A stretch of 64,000 nucleotides of DNA from Deltaproteobacteria bacterium (GTDB lineage Bacteria; Myxococcota; Kuafuiibacteriia; Kuafuiibacteriales; Kuafuiibacteriaceae), in the NCBI GenBank assembly GCA_040218735.1, contig JAVJQW010000007.1:160001-224000 (forward strand), read 5' to 3'. Within the stretch, counting starts at the first letter, position 1, and each line of letters begins with the position of its first letter. A program made the position numbers and the translations under genes. Below, piece by piece: positions 46,229 through 55,513 of the stretch. The notes beneath the pieces are model-generated. The model was not told the DNA's origin and did no database searches. It saw only the letters and a program-made list of their open reading frames with translations.

Positions 46229-48709
46229 TCAGTTGAGCGTCTCCGTCAGCCACGTCACCCCCGCGTCGAACGAGGCGTCGTCGACGATCCGCACCCGCCC
46301 GTCGAGCGCACCCACCCACGGGCCCGCGTACTGCCGGTAGACGTCGTTCGCCAACACCACCGACATCGGCTGCTCACCGGCGAGCCACAACACCTGCGGC
46401 ATGTCGGCCTGCTCGAGGAGCCCGAACACCCGGGTCATCGCGGGCACGGTGCGCAGGAACGTCTCCATGAACGTGGTCATCACCGGGCCGAGCGCGACGG
46501 CGTCGTACTCGAGGTACATCGCCTGCGCGAACGCGGCGTAGAGCGCGGCGTGCTCGCCGATCGCGAGCAGGCCCACGGCGGAGTCGGCGGTCGCCGGGTA
46601 GCTCCGCAGCGCGCGGCGCACCTTCGCGATGTCGAGCGCGCGCTGCGCGAGGAGCGCTTCGCCGAGCATGTAGTAGTCGTTCGTCGCGAGGTCCTCGTTC
46701 CACGAAGACTCGCCGTCACCGCGCGGCGCGACGTACACGAGCGTCACGTCCTCCGGTGCGCGCGCGAGGATGGGCTCCGGACGCGTGATACCGCCGCCGT
46801 CGACGACCACGACGACCGGCGCACCCGGGCCCGCGGCGCGGATGAATCCGCCGAGCGCTATGCCGGGATCGACGTCGAAGCGCAGGCGGGTGATCGACTC
46901 ACCCGACGCTGTCACGTACGGCGCCACCTCCGTCACCTCCGGCACGTAGTCGATCTTGCGCGGGAGGAGCGTCGATTCGATCGCCGTGCGCAGCGCGGTG
47001 ACCGACACTTGCTCCGGCGGCGGCAGCGCGGCGATCGCGTCCTCCGCCCAACGCTGCGCGAGTGAGCGCGGCGTCTCGGGCGTGTCGATGTAGCCACGCT
47101 CGTAGACGCGGAGGTTCGAGTCCGCGGGGTTCGGCAGCGTGAACGCGGGCTCGGGGATCGGCGCGCCGTCGCCCGGACCGAAGTGCTCGGTGACGAAGCC
47201 GTAGAGCCGCTCGCGCATCGACAGGTGGTACTCGTGGTCGGACTGCGCGACGAACACACGCACGTCGTCGTCCGCGTCGTACAGCGCGTAGATCTGCGTC
47301 GCCTGATCGTGCTGGCGGAGCGTGCCGTCGGACGGGAAGAGCGGGTCGCGGTCGCCGGCCATCATCAGCTGCGGCTTCGGCGCGAACAGGCCCGCCATCT
47401 CACCCATGTTCGTGTAACCGGCGACGCCCCACTGGTACGTGCAGGCGTCGTGCAGGAGGTCGGCGTCGACGATGTCCTCGAAGCCCGTCACGTACACGAC
47501 CGGGAGCGACGCCGAGATCCGTTCGTCGGCGATCGACGTGTACAGCGAGTTGAGCCCGCCGCCGGACGCGCCCGTCACCGCGATGCGCGAGGTGTCGATG
47601 TCGCTGCGCGTCTCGAGGTAGTCGATCACCCGCATGGTGTCCCAGACCATGATCGACAGGTTCGAGTGCCCCGTGAGGCCGAGACGCCAACCCTCGTCGT
47701 GGCTGTGCCCGCCGACGTCGCGCTCGCCCTGGCCGAACGCGTCGTAGACCAACGACGCAAACCCGAGCTTCGCCAACCCGTGCGCGCGCGGCGCGACGTA
47801 CGGGCTTGCCTTCGCGTACGCGTAGTAGTGCCCGATCGGCGACACCACGACCGGGAACGGACCGGGCCCCTCCGGGACGTAGACGTGCGCGGTGACGATG
47901 ATCCCCGGTCGGCTCTCGTAACGGAGCTTCTCGATGCGGTAGCCGTCGAGCTCGATCGTGCCGACGATCTGCGCGTCGAGGTCGTTTCGCGTTGGCGTCT
48001 CGAGGAGCCCCATCGACTCCAGCACCCGGGCGCGCACCTCTTCCCGCCGACGCTCGAACGCCTGCGCGGTCGCGGCGACCGGGATGTCCGCGCGGGTCCT
48101 CGCCATGCGGTCGAGCACGCTGTCCTTCATCATCGTGGTGGCGAGCGGAACGTCGATGACCCGCCACGCGTCTTCGTCTTCGTGCGGGTCGTAGTCGAGG
48201 TCCGAGGACATCGCGATCGCGTCCGCGACCTCGAAGCTCTCGCCGACGTCGTGCACGACGACCTCCGCGAGCTCCGCGTCGACGTCGACTTCACCGGCGC
48301 GCACCCAGACGTAACCGGGCGCGCCTCCGAACGCTTGGTGCGTCGCGGCGAGCGTCGACCCGTTCACCGACACTCGCCAGTCGCGCGGGAGGAAGTCGCG
48401 GAAGCCGCGCGTCCACACGACGTAGCGGCCGGCGGTGAGCTTCACCTCCGCGCGCATCACCGTGTCGGCGACGCCGGCGGAGGGCGAGGTCGCGAACCCC
48501 TGGCCGTAGAACGGCGCGATGTTCCGCTGCACGTTCCAGGGGCCGGAGAACTCCTCGATCTCCAGGTGCGCGAAGCAGACGTCCGGCGGGTCCTCCGGGT
48601 CGGGGGTGCAGCACGGCTCGTAGCGCGGCGGCGGGGGTTGGTCGATCGGGTCGGACGTACACGCGGCGAGGGCCAGGCCGACCAGACATCCGTACGCGCG
48701 CACCGACAC
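46229..48709 (-). CDS. Lipoprotein with acetylxylan-esterase-like alpha/beta hydrolase domain(s)
   Basis: Lipobox 'LALAAC'; 'YRIEKLRYESRPG', 'PIGH', 'GQGER', 'TGASGGG', 'APKPQL...GDRD', 'HEY'; second degenerate hydrolase-like domain ('PRGDGE'). Confidence 0.8.
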   Translation of the reverse strand: MSVRAYGCLVGLALAACTSDPIDQPPPPRYEPCCTPDPEDPPDVCFAHLEIEEFSGPWNVQRNIAPFYGQGFATSPSAGVADTVMRAEVKLTAGRYVVWTRGFRDFLPRDWRVSVNGSTLAATHQAFGGAPGYVWVRAGEVDVDAELAEVVVHDVGESFEVADAIAMSSDLDYDPHEDEDAWRVIDVPLATTMMKDSVLDRMARTRADIPVAATAQAFERRREEVRARVLESMGLLETPTRNDLDAQIVGTIELDGYRIEKLRYESRPGIIVTAHVYVPEGPGPFPVVVSPIGHYYAYAKASPYVAPRAHGLAKLGFASLVYDAFGQGERDVGGHSHDEGWRLGLTGHSNLSIMVWDTMRVIDYLETRSDIDTSRIAVTGASGGGLNSLYTSIADERISASLPVVYVTGFEDIVDADLLHDACTYQWGVAGYTNMGEMAGLFAPKPQLMMAGDRDPLFPSDGTLRQHDQATQIYALYDADDDVRVFVAQSDHEYHLSMRERLYGFVTEHFGPGDGAPIPEPAFTLPNPADSNLRVYERGYIDTPETPRSLAQRWAEDAIAALPPPEQVSVTALRTAIESTLLPRKIDYVPEVTEVAPYVTASGESITRLRFDVDPGIALGGFIRAAGPGAPVVVVVDGGGITRPEPILARAPEDVTLVYVAPRGDGESSWNEDLATNDYYMLGEALLAQRALDIAKVRRALRSYPATADSAVGLLAIGEHAALYAAFAQAMYLEYDAVALGPVMTTFMETFLRTVPAMTRVFGLLEQADMPQVLWLAGEQPMSVVLANDVYRQYAGPWVGALDGRVRIVDDASFDAGVTWLTETLN

Positions 48710-48719
48710 GATGGGGAGT

Positions 48720-50261
48720 CTACGGCTTTCGCCCCGAACCTGGCACCTGTGGTTTCAGGCGGTTCACGATGATGTGGCCGACCGTCGTGCGCCCGGCCAC
48801 GCGGTCCTTCAGGCCGGCGACGATGCGGTCCCGGGGGGTGTTCACGATGGTCAGGACGAAGTCGGGTTCGTAGACCTCGATCGCCCGCACGATGCCGGCG
48901 CGCCCGTCGCCGGGGATATGTGCGGCGCCGACGTCGAGGTGGATGGCGGCGTGCCAGGGGTCCTCGGCGATGACGACGCTCCCGGCCGGGACGTGCCGGG
49001 CGAGGGTGTCGTAGATCGCGGGGCGCGAGAACTGAACGAAGCTGCGGAGCTTCCCGCTCGGGTGCCACGCGAACGGCGCGTGCCACGCGACGCACACCAG
49101 GCCGAGCGCGGCGGCGGGGGCCCACGCGACGAAGCGCTTCGGGATGCGGGCGTCGAGCTCGGCGAGCGCGACACCGGCGAGGACCACGAGCGGCGGCGCG
49201 ACGTTCAGCGCGACGCGGTCGCGGCTCGCGACGATCGGCACCAGGGCGATCGGCACCACGACGGTGAGCACCACGAAGAGCGCGACCGCGATCGCACGAC
49301 CGTTCCTGCGGACGAGGGCGATGACCGTGCCGACGCCCGCCAGCACCATCAACCCGAGCGGGAGCTGCGTGTAGATGGCGTCGAGGTGCTGCGCGAGCGT
49401 CGCGGTGCGCACCGACCAGAGCTGGGCCGCGCCCTGCGCCCACCAGGTGTCGAACGAGGGCTCCGTCGTCATCGCGAAGATGTCGGCGTAGGACGTCATG
49501 ACCAACGTGGCGGAGCGCGGCTTCGGCGTGAAGTCACCGACCGCGACGAGGGAGTACAGGCCGATCGAAAGCCACACGATCGCGGCGCCCGCGAGCACGG
49601 CGCCGATTCGTTTCGAACGAACGCGCCAGGTCTCCTTGGCGAAGAGCATCACCGGGAGGACCGCGGCGACGCCGACGAAACCCTCCCCGCGAAAGTAGAG
49701 CGGTGACGCGAGCAGGAACCCGGCGAGCACGCGGGCGCGCGGCGAGTCGCCGAGGGTCATCCATGCGAACAGGCCCCCCATCGTGCTGAGCTGGTAGGCG
49801 AGGGTGATGTCGGGGGAGACGAGGGTCGGGTGCAGCCGCCCGAGGCTCGCGACGACGACCGCCGCGAACGTCGGCGCGACCCACTGCGAGCGCGGATCGA
49901 GCCGACGCGCCAGGAAGAACAGGAGCGGCGGGAGCAACAGCCCCAGGGCGAAGACGATCCACAACGCGACCCGCTGCGAGTGGCCGAACACCGCCATGAA
50001 CGTCCCCAGCACGAGCGGCCAGAAGGCGGAGTGGTAGTCACCCGCGGGGCGGACGACGTGCGGGGAGTCGCCGAGGTGGTGCCAGCGGACCGGGTCGGTC
50101 AGGCCATCCCCGCGGGCGAGGTTGCGCGCGATCGCGTAGTACTCCGCCGTGTCGTAGTCGCCGACCGCGTGCAGGTCGTCGACGATCGGGGCGAGCCGCA
50201 CCGCCAGGTAGATCGACGCGGCCAGCGCGAGGCACCAGGACAGGGCGGTCGTGCGGTCCAT
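48720..50261 (-). CDS. GT-C-fold membrane glycosyltransferase (ArnT/PMT-like)
   Basis: TM, then 'DYDTAEYYAIARNLARGDG', 'FWPLVLG', 'FRGEG'; more than 10 TMs. Start ATG 50261. Confidence 0.65.
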   Translation of the reverse strand: MDRTTALSWCLALAASIYLAVRLAPIVDDLHAVGDYDTAEYYAIARNLARGDGLTDPVRWHHLGDSPHVVRPAGDYHSAFWPLVLGTFMAVFGHSQRVALWIVFALGLLLPPLLFFLARRLDPRSQWVAPTFAAVVVASLGRLHPTLVSPDITLAYQLSTMGGLFAWMTLGDSPRARVLAGFLLASPLYFRGEGFVGVAAVLPVMLFAKETWRVRSKRIGAVLAGAAIVWLSIGLYSLVAVGDFTPKPRSATLVMTSYADIFAMTTEPSFDTWWAQGAAQLWSVRTATLAQHLDAIYTQLPLGLMVLAGVGTVIALVRRNGRAIAVALFVVLTVVVPIALVPIVASRDRVALNVAPPLVVLAGVALAELDARIPKRFVAWAPAAALGLVCVAWHAPFAWHPSGKLRSFVQFSRPAIYDTLARHVPAGSVVIAEDPWHAAIHLDVGAAHIPGDGRAGIVRAIEVYEPDFVLTIVNTPRDRIVAGLKDRVAGRTTVGHIIVNRLKPQVPGSGRKP

Positions 50262-50366
50262 CGCGCAGTCGGATGGTGGTGTGCCAGGAATACGAAGGCA
50301 AGGCGGGCGAGGGTAAGATCCTCGTTGCAACGCCCGTCGCGCGGCGCATACTTCCGCCCGACTTCG

Positions 50367-51650
50367 ATGTCCGAGGCCGCGTCGCCGTTCCCCCGTCTCG
50401 CCTACCTGGTCAGCGAGTATCCGAAGGCGAGTCACTCGTTCATCCGGCGCGAGATCCTGGAGATCGAGCGCCTCTCGGGCCGGCCCGTGTTGCGCGTCGC
50501 GATCCGCGGCGGCGGAAAATCGGTCGTCGATCCGGCGGACGTTCGTGAGGCAGCGAAGACGATCGAAGTGCTCGATCGCTCACCCGCCGAGCTCGCCGCG
50601 GCGACCGCAGAGATCGCGGCGCTGCATCCGATTCGGTACCGCCGCGCCGTCGAGATGAGCGGGCGCATGTGGGCGAAGAGTGATCGCGGCGCGATTCGTC
50701 ACGGGGCGTACCTCGCCGAGGCCGCGTTCATCGCGCGGCTGCTGATGCGCGAGCGCATCGATCACCTGCACGTGCACTTCGGCCTCAACTCGGCGGCGGT
50801 CGCGCGGCTGGTGAAGTGCCTGACGAACATCCCGTACAGCGTGAGCATCCACGGCCCAGGGGAGTTCGACGAGCCGCTCGCGATCAGCCTGCGCGAGAAG
50901 ATGGAGGACGCGAGCTTCGTGCGCGCGGTGTCGCACTACGGTTCGGGGCAGCTGCGCCGCTGGGTGGGGCCGGACCACTGGGACAAGATCCAGGTGGTGC
51001 GCTGCACGGTGGACGATTCGTTCTTCGACGCGGCGGTCCCCGTGCCTGCGACCTCGAAGTCGATCGTCTGCGTCGGGCGGCTCACCGCACCGAAGGGGCA
51101 TCTGCTGCTCCTGGACGCCTTCGCGCGGATCATCGACGACGGCCTCGACGCCAAGCTCGTGCTCGCGGGTGACGGTGAGCTGCGCCCCGAGGTGGAGAAG
51201 AAGATCGCGGAGCACGACCTCGGGAAGTACGTCGAAGTGACCGGGTGGGTCGGCGAAGCTGAAGTGCGTCGTCGATTGCTCGCCGCACGCGCGATGGTGC
51301 TGCCGAGCCTCGCCGAGGGGCTACCGGTGGTGATCATGGAGTCGCTCGCGCTGGGGCGCCCGGTGATCACGACGATGATCGCCGGCATCCCGGAGCTCAT
51401 GAAGAACGACGCGGGTTGGTTGATCCCGTCGGGGAGCGTCGACCACATCGCGGACGCGCTGAAGGAAGCGCTGACGTCGCCGAGCACGACGCTCGACACC
51501 ATGGCGCAGGCGGGGCGGGAACGCGTCGAGGCGGGGCACCGAACGGCGGAGATCGCGAAGCTCTTCCACCTGTTCGAGGACTACCACCGCTACGGCGGTC
51601 CGCTCAGGTCGGCGCACCGCGACCGAAGTCACCGCGTGCCGCCGACCTGA
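50367..51650 (+). CDS. GT4 glycosyltransferase (WcaL-like)
   Basis: 'YLVSEYPKASHSFIRREI', 'HLHVHFG', 'VGRLTAPKG', 'PSLAEGLPVVIMESLA'. Confidence 0.92.
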   Translation: MSEAASPFPRLAYLVSEYPKASHSFIRREILEIERLSGRPVLRVAIRGGGKSVVDPADVREAAKTIEVLDRSPAELAAATAEIAALHPIRYRRAVEMSGRMWAKSDRGAIRHGAYLAEAAFIARLLMRERIDHLHVHFGLNSAAVARLVKCLTNIPYSVSIHGPGEFDEPLAISLREKMEDASFVRAVSHYGSGQLRRWVGPDHWDKIQVVRCTVDDSFFDAAVPVPATSKSIVCVGRLTAPKGHLLLLDAFARIIDDGLDAKLVLAGDGELRPEVEKKIAEHDLGKYVEVTGWVGEAEVRRRLLAARAMVLPSLAEGLPVVIMESLALGRPVITTMIAGIPELMKNDAGWLIPSGSVDHIADALKEALTSPSTTLDTMAQAGRERVEAGHRTAEIAKLFHLFEDYHRYGGPLRSAHRDRSHRVPPT

Positions 51651-51662
51651 GCTCGCTACGAC

Positions 51663-53261
51663 TTACGGACGGAACATCCAGAAGTCGTAGTTACCGCTCC
51701 CGGAGTAGCTGGTGATCCGCCAGTAGTAGTACCCGGAGCCGCCCGAGTACGTGATCGACTCACTCGACGAAGCCGACAGCGACGACGCGACCGTGTACCA
51801 GCCGAAGCCGCCCCAGCGCATCAGACGCAGGTCGAAGTCCGTACCCGACGGTCCCTCGAGCCAGCCCTGGTGCGTGCCCGACGACGCGTAGAAGTAGTTG
51901 CCGTTCGGCTGCGCTTCCCAGTCACCCGAACCGGAGAGCGAGCCCGAGTAGGCCTCACAGCCCGAGCACGGCGCGCCCGGCGGCGGCGGCGGCGGCGGGG
52001 GAGGCGGCGGCGGGTTGGAGCCGTCGAAGATGCTGTAGAGCATCAGGTTCGGCGAGCCGGAGCCGACGTTCGAGAGGGTGTTGCTGATGCCGTTGTCGAT
52101 GATCGCGGCGGTGACCTGGCTCGGCGTGGCGCCGGGGTTGTCGTCCAGGTACAGCGCCGCGACGCCCGCCACGTGCGGCGACGCCATCGACGTGCCGCTG
52201 ATCGTGTTGGTCGCGCTGTTCGACGTGTACCAGGCCGCGGTGATGCTCGAGCCGGGCGCGAAGATGTCCACGCAGCTGCCGTAGTTCGAGAAGCTCGAAC
52301 GTGCGTCCGAGTTGGTCGTCGAACCGACGGTGATCGCGTCCGCAGCGCGCGCCGGCGACTGCGTGCACGCGTTGCTGTTGTCGTTGCCGGCGGCGACGAC
52401 GAACGTCACGCCCGCGGCGACCGCGCCGTTGACGGCGTTGTCGAGCGCGGTCGACGCGCTGCCGCCGAGCGACATGTTCGCGACGGCCGGGGACTGGTGG
52501 TTCGTCGCGACCCAGTCGACGCCGGCGATCACGCCGGAGTTCGAGCCGGAGCCGCTGCAGCTCAGCACGCGGACGCCGTGCAGCGTCACGTTCTTCGCGA
52601 CGCCGTAGGTGGTGCCGCCGACGGTCCCTGCGACGTGGGTGCCGTGCCCGTTGCAGTCGTTCGGGTTGCTGTCGTTGCTGACGAAGTCGTAGCCGTTGCC
52701 GACGCGACCGCTGAACTCGTTGTGGCTCGCGCGGATGCCGGTGTCGACGATGTACGCGTGCACGCCGGTGCCGTCGAAGTCGTAGTTGTAGTCACCGTCC
52801 AGCGGGAGGTCCGTCTGGTCGATGCGGTCGAGGCCCCAGGTTGCGCCGCTCTGCGTCGCCCCCAACGACACGATCGAGTCCTGCTCGACGAACGCGACGC
52901 CCGGCGTACGCACGAGCTCCTGCGCGACGTGCTCCGGCATCGTCGCTGCGAAGCCGCTCAGCGCCTTCTTGTAGACGTGATGCACTTCGACGCCGCTGCG
53001 CGCGCTGACCTTCTGGATGATGCGGTCCGCGTCGGCGCCGCTCCACGAGAAGACCACGATGTAGCGGTCCTGAATCGGGTTGTTCGCGCGGATGACGTCG
53101 AACGTCTTCACGTCGTCGAAGTCGCCCTCCTTCACGAGCGAGACGTCGACGGACCCGACTTCGTCGGGTGCGTTCCCTTCCTGCGGACCCTGGTCAACAG
53201 GTCCGCTACACGCCGCGAGCACCGCGCTACACGCGAGGCTCGTCCACCACCTGAGCTTCAT
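51663..53261 (-). CDS. Subtilisin-family S8 protease (aqualysin/proteinase K-like) lipoprotein with I9 propeptide and C-terminal PPC-like domain
   Basis: Lipobox 'VLAAC'; 'WGLDRIDQ', 'IVDTG', 'NGHGTHVAGT', 'AAGN', 'SGTSMASPHVAG'; poly-Pro linker. Confidence 0.95.
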   Translation of the reverse strand: MKLRWWTSLACSAVLAACSGPVDQGPQEGNAPDEVGSVDVSLVKEGDFDDVKTFDVIRANNPIQDRYIVVFSWSGADADRIIQKVSARSGVEVHHVYKKALSGFAATMPEHVAQELVRTPGVAFVEQDSIVSLGATQSGATWGLDRIDQTDLPLDGDYNYDFDGTGVHAYIVDTGIRASHNEFSGRVGNGYDFVSNDSNPNDCNGHGTHVAGTVGGTTYGVAKNVTLHGVRVLSCSGSGSNSGVIAGVDWVATNHQSPAVANMSLGGSASTALDNAVNGAVAAGVTFVVAAGNDNSNACTQSPARAADAITVGSTTNSDARSSFSNYGSCVDIFAPGSSITAAWYTSNSATNTISGTSMASPHVAGVAALYLDDNPGATPSQVTAAIIDNGISNTLSNVGSGSPNLMLYSIFDGSNPPPPPPPPPPPPGAPCSGCEAYSGSLSGSGDWEAQPNGNYFYASSGTHQGWLEGPSGTDFDLRLMRWGGFGWYTVASSLSASSSESITYSGGSGYYYWRITSYSGSGNYDFWMFRP

Positions 53262-53739
53262 CGACTTATCTGTCACTTCGTTCCCCTTGTCCCTTCGGTC
53301 ATTGGTCGTTGATGTGTGTTTCCCAATTCCCCCCAACGATGCGCGGCGCACTGTTGCTTGGGCCTAGGTGACGCGCGACTCGACGCTTGTCCGATGAGAG
53401 CGGATCCCGAAAGTCATGCGTCGCCAACACACGCTGCGTCGCTGGTGCCAGAACGTCCTTCCTTTCGGTTCGTGATACCAACCAGTTCGCGTGGCAGCGT
53501 GTTGCTGCACGCCGCGCAAGTTGACTTGCATCGTCGCGCGCACTTGCTTCCGCGATGATCGATTCGCGCGCGACGTCGAAAGAGCGCGCGGACGTTGTCA
53601 CCTGTTCATCGCCGTCGACGTGGTGAGCGCGTGTCTCAGCCGTTCTCGTTTTGGCCGGGACCCCGCCTGCGGCTGCGGCCTTGGAGGGCCGACGAAAAAA
53701 GATCGACGAAACCTCTCGGTTTTGAGGGTCTACCCGACA

Positions 53740-53753
53740 TGTGAGCGCTCACA
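53740..53753. promoter_or_regulatory. Perfect 14-bp palindrome TGTGAGCGCTCACA, candidate transcription-factor operator
   Basis: Intergenic, about 40 bp upstream of the putative ECF promoter. Confidence 0.45.
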
Positions 53754-53795
53754 GGGGACAAAATTCGTCGTGAATCGGTTCTTCTGGGGCCCGAC

Positions 53796-53828
53796 GATCA
53801 TAAATCCGGTCGTTCGCGGGAACGAAGG
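53796..53828 (+). promoter_or_regulatory. Putative ECF sigma promoter GATCATAAA-N16-AACGAAGG (copy 1)
   Basis: Immediately upstream of the ECF operon; identical boxes and spacing at 56753-56785. Confidence 0.65.
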
Positions 53829-53837
53829 AGAAGAGGC

Positions 53838-54983
53838 ATGGCACCCATCGCATCGCTCGTCGTTCTGGCCGCGCTGAGCCAGACCCCGTCCGCCGACAGC
53901 GGCGATGCGTTGATCCTCGAGAGCATCCGCACTTCGACCGCCGTCGACAAACGCGACCTGGCCGACGTCGAGGTCTTCCTCGCGGAGCGCATCCGCGAGT
54001 CGTGGGGTGTCGAGGTGTCGAACACGCCGCCCATCACCGAGGGCGGGCGACACTTCTTCGTCACGCTGATGTGGCGCACGCCCGAGCTGGTGCTGCTTCG
54101 GGTCGCCGAGCGTGAGGCGACCCACGTCGAACGTGAGGTCGTGGTGGCGGACCCGACTTCGGGGCGCGCGATCCTTTGGCTCGCGATTCGCTCTTCGATC
54201 GAACGCGCGCTCGCCGCGATGCCGCCGGCGCCGACGGTCGAAGAGATGCTCGACGACATGGCGGAGGGCACCAAGGCACGCGAGGAGATCGCCGCGGCGA
54301 ACGCGGAGGCCGACGCCGCGCCCGAGCCGCCCGCACCGCCGGAGCCCCCGGCGACGCCTTCGAGCCCCGCCGGTCCGCCGCCGACGCCCACGACCGTGAC
54401 GCCGACCGCGACCGGCGACGTGATGGACCCCCGCCTGTACGAGAACTTCGCGACGATGTGGGCGAACCGTTCGCCGCCGTCGCCCGGTGCGATCACCGCG
54501 GCCGTCCTCGCGCGCGGCACCGTCGACGGCGGGCTGGGCTTCGGCCCCGCCGCGCAGCTGCAGTACACGTTCAACCGCTGGCTGACGGTCGGCGGCGAGC
54601 TCGCGTACTACAGCATTGATCGCGCGTTCCGGACGTCGCCGACGGCGAGCCTCGACGTGCACATCGCGCACGTCCCGCTCACCGCGATGGCGAGCATGCA
54701 GCCGCTGCTCGACGTCCCCCTCGAGCTCGGCGCGCGCGCGACGCTCGACCTGCAGCTCGTTACGGCCGACTCGACCTCCGCCGGCGTCCGCGTCCTGACG
54801 GGACCGTTCGCTCGGAGCTCGTTGCCGTTCTACGTCGGTGACTCGGACGGCGCGAGCTTCATTGCGGAGCTCAAGGCCGACTTCGCCGTGGTGCGCGGCG
54901 CGTACAACTTCGGTAACCAGCGGTTCGTCGATCCCTTCGTCAGCGTCGGCGCGGCGGTGGGTGTGGAGTATCGATGGCGTTGA
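53838..54983 (+). CDS. Secreted protein with Pro-rich linker and C-terminal predicted small beta-barrel (first gene of ECF operon)
   Basis: Hydrophobic N-terminus; 'PEPPAPPEPP' linker; amphipathic strands ending 'GVEYRWR'. Confidence 0.7.
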   Translation: MAPIASLVVLAALSQTPSADSGDALILESIRTSTAVDKRDLADVEVFLAERIRESWGVEVSNTPPITEGGRHFFVTLMWRTPELVLLRVAEREATHVEREVVVADPTSGRAILWLAIRSSIERALAAMPPAPTVEEMLDDMAEGTKAREEIAAANAEADAAPEPPAPPEPPATPSSPAGPPPTPTTVTPTATGDVMDPRLYENFATMWANRSPPSPGAITAAVLARGTVDGGLGFGPAAQLQYTFNRWLTVGGELAYYSIDRAFRTSPTASLDVHIAHVPLTAMASMQPLLDVPLELGARATLDLQLVTADSTSAGVRVLTGPFARSSLPFYVGDSDGASFIAELKADFAVVRGAYNFGNQRFVDPFVSVGAAVGVEYRWR

Positions 54984-55513
54984 AGCCCGACCAGGTCGTA
55001 CGCGACCATGCCGAGGACGTGGCGAAGCAGCTCCGCCGCATCTTCGGACCGAGCGCCGACATCGACGACGTCTTCCAGGCCGTCTTCGTCGAAGTGATCC
55101 GCTCGCTCGACAAGTTCCGCGGCAAGTCGAAGCTCAAGACTTGGATCCACCGCATCACGCTCAACGTCGCGTACCAGGAGATGCGGATGCAGTACCGCGA
55201 GCGCGAGGTGCGCTCGCACGCCGACCTCGAGCTGATCGCCTGCGGCGACGACGTCGAGAGCGGCTACGCGCAGAACGAGTCGCGCAAGAAGCTGTACCGC
55301 GGACTGCAGACGCTCGATCCCAAGAAGCGCATCGCGGTGATCCTCCACGACATCGAGGGCTACACACTCAAGGAGGTCGGCGAGTCCGTCGGCCGTCCGC
55401 TGCAGACCGTCGCTTCGCAGGTGAAGAGCGGCCGCGCCGAGCTCGCCGCGTGGTTCGAGCAGCAGGAGAAGGCGCGCGTCCCTTTGTCCTCGACCCGTGA
55501 GGTGACGCTGTGA
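54974..55513 (+). CDS. ECF RNA polymerase sigma factor
   Basis: Region 2 'DIDDVFQAVF...FRGKSKLKTWIHRITLN'; region 4 'LDPKKRIAVILHDIEGYTLKEVGE...TVASQVKSGR'. Confidence 0.93.
   Translation: MALKPDQVVRDHAEDVAKQLRRIFGPSADIDDVFQAVFVEVIRSLDKFRGKSKLKTWIHRITLNVAYQEMRMQYREREVRSHADLELIACGDDVESGYAQNESRKKLYRGLQTLDPKKRIAVILHDIEGYTLKEVGESVGRPLQTVASQVKSGRAELAAWFEQQEKARVPLSSTREVTL

Noticed and set aside
53381-53412. Calling a bona fide hammerhead ribozyme as a feature
   Set aside because: The core lacks one conserved nucleotide and stem II is barely paired; kept only as a speculative finding.
53435-53450. Possible sigma54 promoter TGGCAC-CAGCG-ACGCA on the minus strand, and TGGCAC-ACGAG-TTGGA at 41588-41603
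   Set aside because: Each has a good -24 box but a mismatched -12 box; too weak to call in GC-rich DNA without TSS data.
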